Positions 27,042 to 41,595 of a stretch of DNA of 64,000 nt are shown piece after piece. Position 1 is the stretch's first letter, and each line of letters starts with the position of its first letter. This DNA comes from Eledone cirrhosa (Eukaryota), in NCBI GenBank assembly GCA_964016885.1, contig CAXHJY010000769.1, positions 167,644-231,643 on the forward strand, read 5' to 3'. The notes under the pieces are model-generated. The model did no database searches. It had not been told where the DNA came from and was given only the letters and a program-made list of their open reading frames with translations. Made by a program: the position numbers and the translations under genes.

Positions 27042-29297
27042 ATACTTAGCTAGGAGGGAAGCAGAGGATAAAAAATTCAAGCATGTTTTGAAACGTGAGG
27101 ACCAGAAATAGGAGGTGTTCAAGATTGCAAGGCAGTGTGTCACAGAGAATTGTGATGTCATTGGACAGAAGTGTATCCGCAATGATAAAGGTGAGCTTGC
27201 CCTCACAAGTGCTGAGAAGAAAGATGCATGGAAGAGCCATTATGATAGATTACTAAATGAGGATAATGCATGGGAAGAAGAGACCCTACCCCAAGTAGAC
27301 CCTATAGAGGGGCCAGCAGTACAAGTTAGCAGCAGCGTAGTAAGTAAGGCAATCAAAGATATGAAGATGGGGAAGGCAACCGGTCCATCGGGTATAGCTG
27401 CCGAGATGCTGAAGGCATCTGGGTCTGTAGGTCACACTACTATAACCACATATATTGTTAACCAGGTAATACTAGAAGGTGTCATACCAAAAGATTGGTG
27501 CAGTAGCATCATTGTCAACTGCTACAAAGGTAAAGGTGATGCACTAGATAGAGGAAACTATATAGGTATAAAGCTGCTGGACCAGGTCATGAAAGTAACA
27601 GAAACACTTATAGCACAGTTGATTAGGGACCGGGTGAAACTAGATGAGATGCAATTTGGGTTTGTACCAGGAAGAGGCACCATTGATGCTCTCTTCCTTG
27701 TGAGGCACTTACAAGAAAAGTGCCTAGCTAAAAGTAAGCCACTCTACCAGGCATTCGTCGATCTTGAGAAAGCCTTTGACAGAGTTCCACGTGCTATAAT
27801 CTGGTGGGCTCTTAGAAAACTAGGAGTAGATGAATGGCTTGTGAAAGCGGTACAAGCCATGTATAGGGGAGCAGTCAACAAAGTTAGGATTAGCAATGAG
27901 TATAGCGAGGAATTTAGTGTACAGGTTGGTGTCCACCAGGGCTCTGTTCTTAGCCCCTTCCTCTTCATCATAGTCCTGCAGGCAATAACGGAGGAATTTT
28001 AGACCGGATGCCCATGGGAACTCCTGTATGCTGATGACCTCGCACTTATAGCTGAATCTATGGTAGAACTAGAGAAGAAATTCCAAACTTGGAAGCAGGG
28101 ACTAGAAAGAGAGGGTCTCAAAGTCAACCTGACAAAGACTAAGGTCCTTATAAGTAGATGAGAAAACAGAACCCAGATCGCCTTAGGGAAATGGCCTTGC
28201 TCAGTATGTAGGAAAGGTATAGGTAGGAACTCCATTTTCTGCCCCAAATGCAAACAATGGGTACACAAGAGATGTAGCGAGATTTCAGGAAGCTTAATTA
28301 AAAATGTAGGCTTCACATGTAGCAGCTGTGCTGAGACAGCAAGTAGCAAACAGCCACAGGAAACAAGTACCACCAATCTCTAGGAGGGTTCTGTAGAAAC
28401 AATAGACAGCTTCTGCTACCTAGGTGACCGAATTAGCAGCAGAGGTGGGTGTTCAGAAAGTACAATAACTAGGGTAAGAACGGGATGGAAGAAGATCAGG
28501 GAACTACTACCACTGCTAGCTGCAAAAGGCTTCTCCCTCAAAATGAAAGGCAGACTGTATGATGCGTGTATCCGAACAGCAATGTTACATGATAGTGAGA
28601 CCTGGGCGCTGAAGGTGGAAGACTTACGTAGATTAGAAAGAAACGAAACCTGCATGCTCCGATGGATGTGTAATAGTAATATACGTGAACGACAAAGCAT
28701 AAATGAATTGAGAGAGAGACTGAGAATAAGAGGAATCAAATGCTTTGTGCAGGAGAGGCGGTTGCGTTGGTATGGACATGTGATGCGTATGAAGGATGAC
28801 AGCTGCATAAAAAGGTGCAGAGCACTAGAAGTCAATGGAAACCACGGAGTGGGGAGACCCAAGAAGACCTGGGATGAGGTGATAAAAGCTGACCTTACCC
28901 AATTACACCTCTCAAAGGCGATGACACACGACCGTGACCTCTGGCGTCATGCAGTAATACAGAGTACTCGACCTCCCATGGGTACAAGCTGAAGCATATA
29001 GACAATATGCCCCCACACCCTCCCACTGCAAAGTGTTTGTGGAGGTGCCACGGCAAAAAAGCACCCAGCCCACACTGTAAAGTGGACGTGTAGGCTCCAC
29101 GGAGAAAGCACCCAGCACTCACTGTAAATGAGGTTGGTGTTAGGAAGGGCATCCAGCTGTAGAAATCAAGCCAAATTCAGTTCCTGTATGAGCAAATCAT
29201 GGTCAGCCGACCAGACACTGCCCACAACAGGACAACCCGTCTAACCCATGCTAGCATGGAAGAACGGACGTAAAACGGTGATGATGATGATGATGAT
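27042..29297 (+). mobile_element. RTE LINE family B, 5'-truncated, with stops
   Basis: ORFs 27115-28002 and 28543-28992; PHD-like cluster; own UTR; (GAT)n tail. Confidence 0.93.
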
Positions 29298-29432
29298 ATA
29301 TACGTACACATACATATATATATATATATATACGTACAGATACATATATATATATATACACATACGTACACATATATATACATACACATACACATATATA
29401 CCTACACAAATATATATACACATATATATATA

Positions 29433-29785
29433 CTAGCTGACGTACCCAGATCGCCCGGGTAAACAATTCATAAAAGAAGACAGGTAAAAGAGAAAATGAC
29501 TGTATTGGATATTTGTCTGGTTACAGTATGAGGCGAGTCCGTGGTGTCTGTGTGATACAGAAAACTAAAAAATATCTTCCTGATATACCAGATTCTTCAT
29601 TGTACCGTTTGTGCATAGTATATGACCAATTCTAGGTGCTCCCACCTAGAATAGTGACTTCTAGGAGATGGTTCATCTTCTGCCTGACTGTAAAACATGT
29701 ATCATTGCATAGACGTGGTTGTTCCATGCTTCTCAAAAGGATGATGGAAGTTCCAATCTTTTATATATGTAGATATAGATATAGA
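29433..29785 (-). mobile_element. non-autonomous Helitron
   Basis: minus strand 5' TC...TATATAAAAG; 3' hairpin ACCCGGGCGATCTGGGT followed by CTAG|T. Confidence 0.75.
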
Positions 29786-29799
29786 TAATTAATATAAAA

Positions 29800-30040
29800 G
29801 ATGATGCTCAGCCAGTTCGTCTTCAACAATCGCAGCACGCCGTCGCTGCTTGGCTCCAGTGTTTCATTGGCGTTGTTCAGCCAGCTCCTCTGCATTCATG
29901 GCGGCACATCTTCACCTCTGAAGTTCGACGTTCCAATGGCGCTGTTCGGCCCGTTTTTCTTCATTCCTGGCTGCACGCAGTTGCCGCTGTAGTTCAGTTT
30001 GATAAAGTCGAATTGCTTTTACTTTCTGTGGAACGCTGCA
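29800..30040 (-). pseudogene. decayed R/E/Q/A-rich coding fragment resembling Helitron RepHel N-terminal repeats
   Basis: LQRQLRAARNEEKRAEQR...NAEELAEQRQ with stops; lies next to a Helitron. Confidence 0.4.
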
Positions 30041-30293
30041 CGCACACACATAAACACACGCGCACGTACATACACATGCACACATGGTAATAGTTACAGC
30101 ATTCACTTTGCCTCTCTGTTTCTTACTCTCCCCTCTCACTCCCTCATTGGTATTATGCATATTAATTTAAGTTTGGCGGTTATTAAAGTTTGGGCAGAGT
30201 CATTTGAAACCTATGAACCAATGATAATCAACAATTATGACACACGGAATACTGACATTGTTGAAATTAATATATAGATACCTACACATACAC

Positions 30294-30326
<33 letters not shown>

Positions 30327-30984
30327 TATACATACACATACATATATATATATACATATATATTTACACATACATATATATATATACACATATACACATA
30401 TATATATATACATACACATATACACATATATATATACATACACATATACACATATATATATATACATACACATATACACATATATATATATACATACACA
30501 TATACACATATATATATACATACACATATACACATATATATATACATACACATACATATATATATACACATATACATACATACATACACATATACACATA
30601 TACATACATACATACATACATATATATACATACACATACATATATATAAATACACATACATATATATATAAATACACATACATATATATACATACACATA
30701 CATATATATACATACACATACATATATATACATACACATACATATATATATACATACACATACATATATATAAATACACATACATATATATATAAATACA
30801 CATACATATATATACATACACATACATATATATACATACACATACATATATATACATACACATACATATATATATACATACACATACATATATATACATA
30901 CACATACATACATACACATACATATATATACATACACATACATATATATACATACACATACATATACACATATATATACATACA

Positions 30985-31329
30985 TTCTTTAGGTCGTTTT
31001 CGAAGCCTCAACAATGCAGATGGGTAATTCTCCAGGTAACAAGATCCGGTGGTGAAGAGAGAGATGTAAGTGAATGTAGAATGAGATGTATAGTGTGTAG
31101 AAGAACGTAGGAAAGAGCGTAAAAAATAAAAATAATAACACGAGATAGAGTTACCTTGGGAGAGATTTAGATTAAATTAAATCTCTCCCAAGGTAATGCT
31201 CTTTCCAACGTTCTACACACTATACATCTCATTCTACATTCACTTACATCTCTCTCTTCACCACCGGATCTTGTTACCCGGAGAATTACCCATCTGCATT
31301 GTTGAGGCTTCCAAAACATCCTAAAGAAA
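30985..31329. repeat. imperfect fold-back inverted repeat
   Basis: arms 30985-31119 and 31196-31329, plus inner hairpin 31151-31195. Confidence 0.85.
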
Positions 31330-31387
31330 ATATATCTTATTATTCCACAATGCTTCAAGCAAACTTCAATACTCTCATATATACATA

Positions 31388-32044
31388 CATCATCATCATC
31401 ATTTTACGTCCGCTCTTCCCTGCTCGCAAGGGTGGGACGGGTCTTCATCATCATCACCGTTTTACGTCCGTTCTTCCATGCTAGCATGGGTTAGACGGGT
31501 TGTCCTGTTGTGGGCAGTGTCTGGGCGGCTGACCATGCCTTGCTCATACAGGAACTAATTTTGGCTTGATTTCTACAGTTGGATGCCCTTCCTAACACCA
31601 ACCTCATTTACAGTGAGTGCTGGGTGCTTTTTCCGTGGCGCCTACACGTCCACTTTACAGTGTGGGCTGGGTGCTTTTTTGCCGTGGCACCTCCACGACC
31701 ACCTTGCAGTGGGAGGGTGGGGGTATATTGTCTATATGCTTCAGCTTGTACCCATGGGAGGTCGGGTACTCTGTATTACTGCGTGATGCCAGAGGTCACG
31801 GTCGTGTCATCGCCTTTGAAAGGTGTAATTGGGTACGGTCAGCTTTTATCACCTCATCCCAGGTCTTCTTGGGTCTCCCCACTCCGCAGTTTCCATTGCC
31901 TTCTAGTGCTCTGCACCTTTTTATGCAGCTGTCATCCTTCATACGCATCACATGTCCATACCACGCAACTACCTCTCCTGCACACAGCATTTGATTCCTC
32001 TTATGTTCAGTCTCTCTCTCAATTCATTTATGCTTTGTCGTTCG
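31388..32044 (-). mobile_element. LINE B 3' fragment (31446-32044) with an adjacent C-type terminus (31388-31445)
   Basis: two consecutive (CAT)n tails on +, each with its own stem-loop variant. Confidence 0.85.
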
Positions 32045-32236
32045 CATATATATACACATATATATATATATACACATATATATACATACACATACATATA
32101 CACACATATACACATATATACATACACATATATATACATATATACATACACACATATATACATACACATATATATACATATATACATACACATACACATA
32201 CATATATATACATACACACATATATATACATACACA

Positions 32237-33216
32237 CTATAGAAATAGTGGACAGCTTCCGTTACCTGGGTGACAAAATCAGCAGTGGGAGAGGGTGCTC
32301 TGAAAGTACAGTAGCCAGAGTCAGAACGGGATGGAAAAAGTTCAGGGAGCTTATACCACTATTAGCCGCTAAAGGGTTCTCCCTAAAAATGAAAGGCAGG
32401 TTGTATGATGCCTGCATACGAACAGCAATGTTGCATGGCAGTGAGACCTGGGCATTGTGTGCAGAGGATATACGCAGACTAGAGAGGAACGAAGCTTGCA
32501 TGCTCCGCTGGATGTGTAATAGTAATATATGTGAACAACAAAGCATAAACGAACTAAGGAAAAAATTAGAAATAAGAGGGATCAGATGTTGTTTACTCGA
32601 GAGAAGGCTACGTTGGTATCGTCACGTGATGCGCATGAAAGACGACAGCTGTATAACAAAGTGCAGGGCAATAAAGATAGACGGTAGCCACGGAGTAGGC
32701 AGACCCCAAAAAACCTGGGACGAGCTGATAAATTCCGACCTCACACACTTACACCTCTCCAAGACAATGTCACTGGACCAAGACCTTTGGCGGTACTCAG
32801 TAATAGAGAAGACCCGCCTTACCTAAATACAAAGTAAAACCTACTACAGTCAGTAGGCATCTCTAACAAAATACTCCCCCGTCCCACCACCCCCACCCCA
32901 TCCACACCGCCCCTTCAATGTAAAGTTATGTTGGTGCCACAACATCCAGGCCGAAACAAATGAAATCGTGTAAATGTCACGAAAAAAAAACACACAGTCC
33001 ACGCTGTAATGTGGCCGTGTAGGCAACATGGTAAAAACCTCCCAGCCCCACACTGTAAATGTGGTTGGTGTTAGGAAGGGCATCCAGCTGTAGAAAACCC
33101 GCCAGACAGTCCTATGCGAGCAAGTCAACCACTCTTGCCTCAAGTGGGAAAACTCCCGTCCAAACCCATGCAAGCGTGGAACATGGACGTTAAAAGATGA
33201 TGATGATGATGATGAT
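32237..33216 (+). mobile_element. RTE LINE A 3' fragment
   Basis: [11 protein letters not shown]...KTRLT*, UTR, (GAT)n. Confidence 0.93.
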
Positions 33217-33222
33217 ATACAT

Positions 33223-33265
<43 letters not shown>

Positions 33266-33322
33266 CACATATATATATATATATAGTTTTCGGCTTGTAT
33301 AGGCCGATAATACTTCTTGTTG

Positions 33323-33376
33323 TTTTAATTGCCCTGATGAGTCCTTAATAGGACGAAACATTGTTGGCTAATAAAG
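33323..33376 (+). ncRNA. type-I hammerhead ribozyme (same family as 12183)
   Basis: identical core and stem II; flanks 33287-33418 are homologous to 12146-12278. Confidence 0.9.
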
Positions 33377-33438
33377 ACTTTTGATGTATTGAAGGCTTCT
33401 TTGTTTTACTTTCATAATATATATATATATATATACAT

Positions 33439-33470
<32 letters not shown>

Positions 33471-33776
33471 CTATATATATACATACATACACATATTTAT
33501 ATATACATACACATATTTATATATACATACACATATATCTATATATACATACACATATAAATATACATACACATATATATATACATATATACATACATAC
33601 ACATAAATATACATACACATATATATATACATATATACATACACATAAATATACATACACATATATATATACATATACATACACAAATATACATACACAT
33701 ATATATATACATATACATACACATATATATATACATATACATACACATATATATATATATACATACACATACATAC

Positions 33777-33807
<31 letters not shown>

Positions 33808-33893
33808 TATATATACATACATACACATACATATATATACATATATATATACACATATATATATATACATACACATACATATACATATATATA

Positions 33894-35317
33894 CTAGCAT
33901 TAAAGGCTGGCGTTGCTCGGGGTCAGTAAGTTACCAAAGTTAGGTTGCACCACCCATTTTATGGCAGCACTTTTTTGTCTGCCAGGCACTGGGTGAATGA
34001 ATTGCAGACCTGGACTGCCGAAGCAGGAGCTGCGCCAGCAGTGACAATTGTAGTTTCGCCTATGGATATTATCTCTGTGCAAAGAAGTGTTGAAATTTAT
34101 TGTTTCACAGTACTTGCGCAACACGCACGTAGACGATGCCAGCCAAACAGAGCTGCGATGGAGTTGTTCTGCGTGGTTATCTAATGTGTGTTTTCTAAAT
34201 TTAAGACAGTAGGGAGGGGTGTGATATGGGGGAGAGTTAGCTGTTGTTTCTGGCAGGTTTAGTGACCTCATAGAGGATATGTGTTTTCTAAATTTAAGAC
34301 AGTAGGGAGTGGTGTGATATGGGGGAGAGTTAGCTGCTGTTTCTAGCAGGTTTAGTGACCTCATAGAGAATATGTTTTCTAAATTTAAGACAGTAGGGAG
34401 GGGTGTAATATGGGGGAGAAATAGCTGCTGTTTCTAGCAGGTTTAGTGACCTCATAGAGGATATGTGTTTTCTAAATTTAAGAGAGTAGGGAGTGGTGTT
34501 ATATGGGGGAGAGTTAGCTGCTGTTTTGTAGCAGGTTTAGTAACCTCATAGATGATATGTTTCAGGTTTAGTGACTTCATAGAGGATATGTTTTCTAAAT
34601 TTAAGACAGTAGGGAGGGGTGTGATATGGGGGAGAGTTAGCTGCTGTTTCTAGCAGGTTTAGTGACCTCATAGAGGATATGTTTTCTAAATAATTTAAGA
34701 CAGTAGGGAGTGGTGGATATGGGGGAGAGTTAGCTTTTGTTTCTAGCAGGTTTAGTGACCTCATAGAGGATATGTTTTCTAAATTTAAGACAGTAGGGAG
34801 GGGTGTGATATGGGGAAGAGTTAGCTGCTGTTTCCAGCAGGTTTAGTGACCTCATAGAGGATATTATTGTATAGTAAATAAACTGATACTTCTTTCTTCC
34901 ACATTCGTTGAGAGGTTTTAAAAAAGATTTATCGCTATTTTTTTTGTTGTTGAATAAATTTATCTGTTGCTTTTGATAATTGTTGTTTCGTATGAAATGT
35001 AATAAGTTCTCTTTGAAAAACAAACATTGTCTCTCTCTCTCCGGTGTTCCTAAAGGAAGTTTGTAAGCAAGTATGTAGTTTTATTGAATTTGAAGGGGAG
35101 TAGAGAGAGGTAATCAGATGGTATTAGGGGGGTAAAGCGTCATGTATTTAGTTTTATTGATTATTTCCGTAATTGTGGGTGAGTTTGAATGAAATAAATA
35201 GTCGTTGACCTAAGTTAGACCATTTACAACATTCTTACAGACTTTGAGTCAAATCAGTTTGAAATTGTGCAACACACACACACAACAACAATCTGCCTTT
35301 TATAGATAATGATATGA
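33894..35317 (-). mobile_element. non-autonomous Helitron-like element containing a tandem array
   Basis: minus 3' end CCCGAGCAACGCCAG...CTAG|T; candidate 5' end TC...TATAAAAGGCAG. Confidence 0.55.
34186..34863. repeat. tandem array of a ~91-bp unit (about 7 full copies plus one partial)
   Basis: ttttctaaatttaagacagtagggag...gacctcatagaggatat repeated. Confidence 0.95.
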
Positions 35318-35499
35318 TATACACATATACACACACATATATATACATAAACATACATATATATACATATATATATACGCATATACATGTATATATATAT
35401 ATACATACATATATATATACACATATACATGTATATATATATATACATACATATATATATACACATATATATCTCTCTATATATATATATATACATAAA

Positions 35500-36473
35500 C
35501 AGGAAGCTTAATTAAGAATGTAGGCTTCACATGCAGCAGCTGTGATGAGGCAGCAAACAGCCACAGGAAACAAGTACCACCAATCTCTGGGAGGGCTCTG
35601 TATAAACAGTAGACAGCTTCTGCTACCTAGGTGACCGAATTAGCAACGAAAGTGGGTGTTCAGAAAGTACAATAACTAGGGTAAGAACGGGATGGAAGAA
35701 GTTTAAGGAACTACTACCACTGCTAGCTGCAAAAGGCTTCTCCCTCAGAATGAAAGGCAGACTGTATGATGCTTGTATCCGAACAGCAATGTTGCATGGT
35801 AGTGAGAACTGGGCGCTGAAGGTGGAAGACTTACGTAGATTAGAGAGAAACGAAGCCTGCATGCTCCGATGGATGTGTAACAGTAATATACGTGAACGAC
35901 AAAGCATAAATGAATTGAGAGAGAGACTGAGCATAAGAGGAATCAAATGCTGGTATGGACATATGATGCGTATGAAGGATGACAGTTGCATAAAAAGGTG
36001 CAGAGCACTAGAAGTTGATAGAAACCACGGAGTGGGGAGACCCAAGATGACCTGGGATGAGGTGATAAAAGCCGACCTTACCCAATTACACCTCTCAAAG
36101 GCAATGACACACGACCGTGACTTCTGGCGTCACGCAGTAATACAGAGTACCCAACCTCCCATGGGTACGAGCTGAAGCATATAGACAATATGCCCCCACT
36201 CCTCCCACCGCAAGGTGGTCGTGGAGGTGCCACGGCAAAAAAGCACCCAGCCCACACTGTAAAGTGGACGTGTAGGCGCCACGAAAAAGCACCCAGCACT
36301 CACTGTAAATGAGGTTGGTGTTAGGAAGGGCATCCAGCTGTAGAAATCAAGCCAAATCAGTTCCTGTATGAGCAAGGCATGGTCAGCCGACCAGACACTG
36401 CCCACAACAGGACAACCCGTCTAACCCATGCTAGCGTGGAAGAACGGACGTAAAACGGTGATGATGATGATGA
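35500..36473 (+). mobile_element. RTE LINE B 3' fragment
   Basis: ORF 35750-36175; UTR and tail as at 28990-29297. Confidence 0.92.
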
Positions 36474-36546
36474 TACATATAAATATATATATACACAAAC
36501 ACATACATATATATATACACATACACATATATATATATATATACAT

Positions 36547-36710
36547 ACTGTAAATGTGGTTGGTGTTAGGAAGGGCATCCAACTGTAGAAAACCTGCCAG
36601 ACAGTCCTATGCGAGCAAGACAATCACTCTTGCCTCAAGTGGGACTACCCCCGTCCAAACCCATGCAAGCGTGGAACACGGACGTTAAACGTTGATGATG
36701 ATGATGATGA
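36547..36710 (+). mobile_element. LINE A terminal fragment
   Basis: matches 17128-17288. Confidence 0.85.
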
Positions 36711-36757
36711 TACATATATATATATATACACATATATATATATATATACATACATAT

Positions 36758-36790
<33 letters not shown>

Positions 36791-36821
36791 CATACATATA
36801 TATATATATATATATACATAC

Positions 36822-36852
<31 letters not shown>

Positions 36853-37469
36853 TATATATATGATAATAAGGATGGCTGCGCGTTGCAAATGGTGGTGCAT
36901 ATGAAAAAGTAAGTCCTTCATACACATATACACATATATATACACACACACATATATATTTGTAAACTTTCTAAGTATTTGACTCTAACCATAATTTTCA
37001 GTATTACCACTCCACATAAATTCCTCAATTCATATGTGTGGTTGTGTGTGTGTGTCTGTGGGGGTGGGTGTGAGTATGTGCAAGTCAACCAACATAAGTC
37101 TTTTTATATGTGAATTTTCTCGTATCTACCCTAACCATAATTTTCAGTAGTACCACCCCACATAAATTCCTCAATTTAAGAATGACCTGTAGTGTCGAAT
37201 TTCATACTCTAAACTTCAATTGAATATATATCTGACCAGGAATGCTTTTTGTGAAAATCAGTCATATGGAACTATTGTCATCTTGCCTGACGGTTTGAAC
37301 TTTACAACACCACCTGCCTCTTTGAGGTCAAATACCAACCCTACTAGCATCTACAAACTGACCAATGAGAATTAAGATTATTCCTGCTGACAACATTAAA
37401 TTATCCCCAACAAGCTCATATGTCCATCAACACCATAAACACAGAGCTGGCATATCTAAGAACTGACTA

Positions 37470-37525
37470 ACTGCCTGATGAGGTCATAGCCATTCAATGG
37501 CTATCATCGGAATATATATAGCAGT
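37470..37525 (+). ncRNA. hammerhead with one core substitution (GAAA to GGAA)
   Basis: actgc CTGATGA ggt c atagccat tca atggctat c atc GGAA tatata TA gcagt. Confidence 0.7.
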
Positions 37526-37598
37526 AAATAAAGGATTATGAGATCATGCTATTGACTTATGTTTCGTCACATACATACACATATATAAATACATATGT

Positions 37599-37920
37599 GA
37601 AGGCGCATGGCTTCATGGTTAGAGCAGTAGGCTTGCAATCGAAAGGTTGTGAATTCAATTCTCGGACCGGGTGATATGTTGTTTCCTTGAGCAAGACACT
37701 TTATTTCACGTTGCTCCAGTTTACTCAGCTGAAAATGAGTACCAGCAATAGCTGGAAGTTTAACCCTGCGATGGACTGGCGTCCTGTCCAAGGGTGAGTC
37801 TTGTACTCTCAGTCGCTTCACTCATGAAACCGGGATAAGCACCAGCCAAATAAGCCTTCTGGCTTAAGACAGACTTTAGCCTTACGGCCTGCCCGCTCAG
37901 CCAGTGGGATAACGTCATCA
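37599..37920 (+). mobile_element. tRNA-derived SINE
   Basis: A/B-box-like head; CCTTGAGCAAGACACTT central motif; CCCTGCGATGGACTGGCGTCCTGTCC (V-domain-like); head shared with the 22405-22740 SINE. Confidence 0.85.
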
Positions 37921-38617
37921 TATGGCGAAAACAGCACGTGCTGTGACCAGCAGCGCCGTATGGCGCCCGACAGGCTGGTCGGTCAAGGTGATATATATAT
38001 ATACATACACACACACATATATATATATATACATACACACATATATATATACATATACATACACATATATATATATATACATACACACACATATATATAT
38101 ACATACACATATATATATATACATACACATATATATATATATATATATACATACATATATATATATATACATACATATATATATACATACACATATATAT
38201 ATATACATACACATATATATATATACATACACATATATATATATACATACACATATATATATATACATACACATATATATATATACATACACATATATAT
38301 ATATACATACATATATATATATACACATACATATATATATATACACATACATATATATATATACACATACATATATATATATACACATACATATATATAT
38401 ATACACATACATATATATATACACATATATCTATACACATATATACACACACACATATACACACACACATATATACACACATATATACACACACATATAT
38501 ATATACATACACATATATATACACACATACATATATATCCATACACACATATATATCCATACACATGTATATGTGTCTGTATGAATATGTATATAAGTGT
38601 GTGTATGTATATGTATG

Positions 38618-38670
<53 letters not shown>

Positions 38671-38769
38671 GTGTGTGTATATATATGTATATATATATGT
38701 GTGTGTATGTATATGTATATATATATGTATATATATGTGTGTATGTATATGTATATATATGTGTGTATG

Positions 38770-38817
<48 letters not shown>

Positions 38818-38907
38818 CATACACACATATATATACACATATACCCATGCTAGCGTGGAAAATGGACGTTAAACGAAGATGATGATGATGATACATACAC
38901 AGATATA

Positions 38908-39798
38908 CAAGATGCGGACGATATTTGTTCGCAATTTTCAACTGTTAATTTTATGCAAATTTTTTTTACTTCCATTGTCACTCTTGTCTTCATAAAAACA
39001 GTGACTATATTTCCACTATTTATTTTCAGAATAATCGATTATGAATAATTTTGAACCTCCAAATTTGTGGAAGAGACACGGAGTTCTTCTTGGAATCTGT
39101 GCCGGGAGGACAAATAAGGAGATTTCAGACTTTCTCAGCGTCAGCAGGAGAATGGTGGAAAAGGTCAGAAAGGAATTGGAAGATTCAGGATTCAACTACG
39201 AAGCAACATCAGAGAGGAAAACACATGATCGACGATTTGACGCCTTCAGAACGCCCAAGTTCTTCCCTGAGGGCTTCAAGCTAGACACCGATGGCTACAT
39301 CCGCGTTCTGAGCGAGGTAAAGCCCTGGATCAACCAGGTAGCTGCAGGTAGGCCTTATGTGTGACAGCAAAACTCAGCGCCCTGCCATACCAGCCGAAAG
39401 ACCCAAGCCTGGCTGTCAGAGAACTTCATCGACCACACTTCACCCGACATCTGGCCTCCCAGCTCGCCTGACTATATCCCCCTCGACTTCTTTGTGTGGG
39501 GCACAGTGGAATGAGACACCAACAGATCTAGCTGCAATACGAAAGATGATCTGAAGGCCAGGATCACAAATGCCTTTAGGGGCCTAACTCAAGTGACAGT
39601 GGCGACGGCCTGTAGCCGGTTCCGAGGCCACTTTGAGGCCGTCATCAAAGCCAATGGCGGGTTTCTCGAGTGAGATAGAAAGAACAAGTCATGGAGACAA
39701 ACTGACCCAAGTTTGATAACTATATCTTAAAAAGTAAAACTACTGTGTTAATCTTTTCCTAGATAGTAATCTTGCGAACAAATATCGTCCTCACCCTG
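38908..39798 (+). mobile_element. internally deleted Tc1/mariner DD37D (maT-type) transposon
   Basis: ~27-bp TIRs (GGACGATATTTGTTCGCAA), TA flanks; HTH fragment; QQ(N)SAPCH...WPPSSPDYIPLD with 37-residue spacing; stops. Confidence 0.88.
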
Positions 39799-40200
39799 TA
39801 TATATACATATACATACACACATATATATACATATACAAACACATATACATACATATACACACACATACATACTCACATACACATATATACATATATATA
39901 CACATATATATATACATATATATACATATGCTTGCCATATCTAACCCATGCTAGCGTGGAAAATGGACGTTAAACGAAGATGATGATGATATATACATAT
40001 ATACACACACATATATATATATACATATATATATATATACACACACATATATACATATATATATACACATATATATACATAAATGTACACACACATATAT
40101 ATACATAAATATACACACATATATATACACATATATATAATATATAAGATCAAAAGATGGTTAAAAGAGTTCCATGTATTTTATTATGCGCATTTCAAAA

Positions 40201-41505
40201 TGTTAGAGATGCCTACTGACTGTAGTAGGTTTTACTTTGTATATAGGTAAGGCGGGTCTTCTCTATTACTGAGTACCGCCAAAGGTCTCGGTCCAGTGAC
40301 ATTGTCTTGGTGAGGTGTAAGTGTGTGAGGTCGGAGTTTATCAGCTCGTCCCAGGTTTTTCTGGGTCTGCCTATTCCGTGGCTACCGTCTATCTTTATTG
40401 CCCTGCACTTTGTTATACAGCTATCGTCCTTCATGCGCATCACATGACCATACCAACATAGCCTTCTCTCTAGTAAACAACATCTGATCCCTCTTATTTC
40501 TAATTTTTTCCTTAGTTCGTTTATGCTTTGTCGTTCACGTATATTACTATTACACATCCAGCGGAGCATGCAAGCTTCGTTTCTCTCTAGTCTGCGTATA
40601 TCCTCTGCACATAATGCCCAGGTCTCACTGCCATGCAACATTGCTGTTCGTATGCAGGCATCGTACAGCCTGCCTTTCATTTTTAGGGAGAACCCTTTAG
40701 CGGCTAATAGTGGTATAAGCTCTCTGAACTTTTTCCATCCAGTTCTGACTCTAGCTACTGTACTTTCAGAGCACCCTCCCCCACTGCTGATTTTGTCACC
40801 CAGGTAACGGAAGCTGTCCACTATTTCTATAGAACCCTCTGCGCAGTTGAAAGAGCTAGTATTTTGTGGGCACTTGCTGCTACTTATTTCCCTAGAACAC
40901 CGGCCACATGTAAAATCTATGTTCTTAGTTAGCTTACCTGTGATCCCACTACATCTTTTATGCACCCAAACTTTGCATTTGGGACACAAAATGGAATTTC
41001 TGCCTACGCCTTTCCTACACTCTGCGCATGGCCACTTCCCGGAGGGGACCGCCGCCTTATTTTCTTTCTTACAAACTAGAACTTTAGTCTTAGCCGGGTT
41101 AATTTTAAGGCCTTTTGATTCTAGGCCGTGCTTCCATGTTTGAAATTTCTTCTCTAGCTCGGCCATTGATTCAGCTATGAGCGTTAGATCATCTGCGTAT
41201 AGGAGTTCCCATGGGCAGCCGGTCTTGAACTCCACTGTTATAGCCTGGAGGGCAATAATAAATAGTAGGGGGCTAAGAACAGAGCCCTGATGAACACCAA
41301 CTTTTACACTAAACTCTTCACTATATTCGTTGTTAATTCTAACCTTGCTGACTGTTTCTTTATACATGGCTTGTATAGCTCTCACAAGCCATTCGTCAAC
41401 ACCTAGTTTTCTAAGAGCCCACCAGATAATTGAACGGGGGACTCTGTCGAAGGGTTTCTCCAAGTCGACGAAAGCTAAGTATAGGGGTTTACTTTTAGCT
41501 AGGTA
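40201..41505 (-). mobile_element. RTE LINE A RT fragment (open frame), most of the UTR missing
   Basis: ORF 40213-41589 from YLAKSK onward. Confidence 0.93.
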
Positions 41506-41527
41506 ATACACATATGTATATATATAT

Positions 41528-41592
<65 letters not shown>

Positions 41593-41595
41593 TAT

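Noticed and set aside
34186-34863. CRISPR-like periodicity
   Set aside because: Whole units repeat with no unique spacers, no cas genes, eukaryotic context
37599-37672. tRNA gene
   Set aside because: No proper acceptor stem; continues into a SINE body
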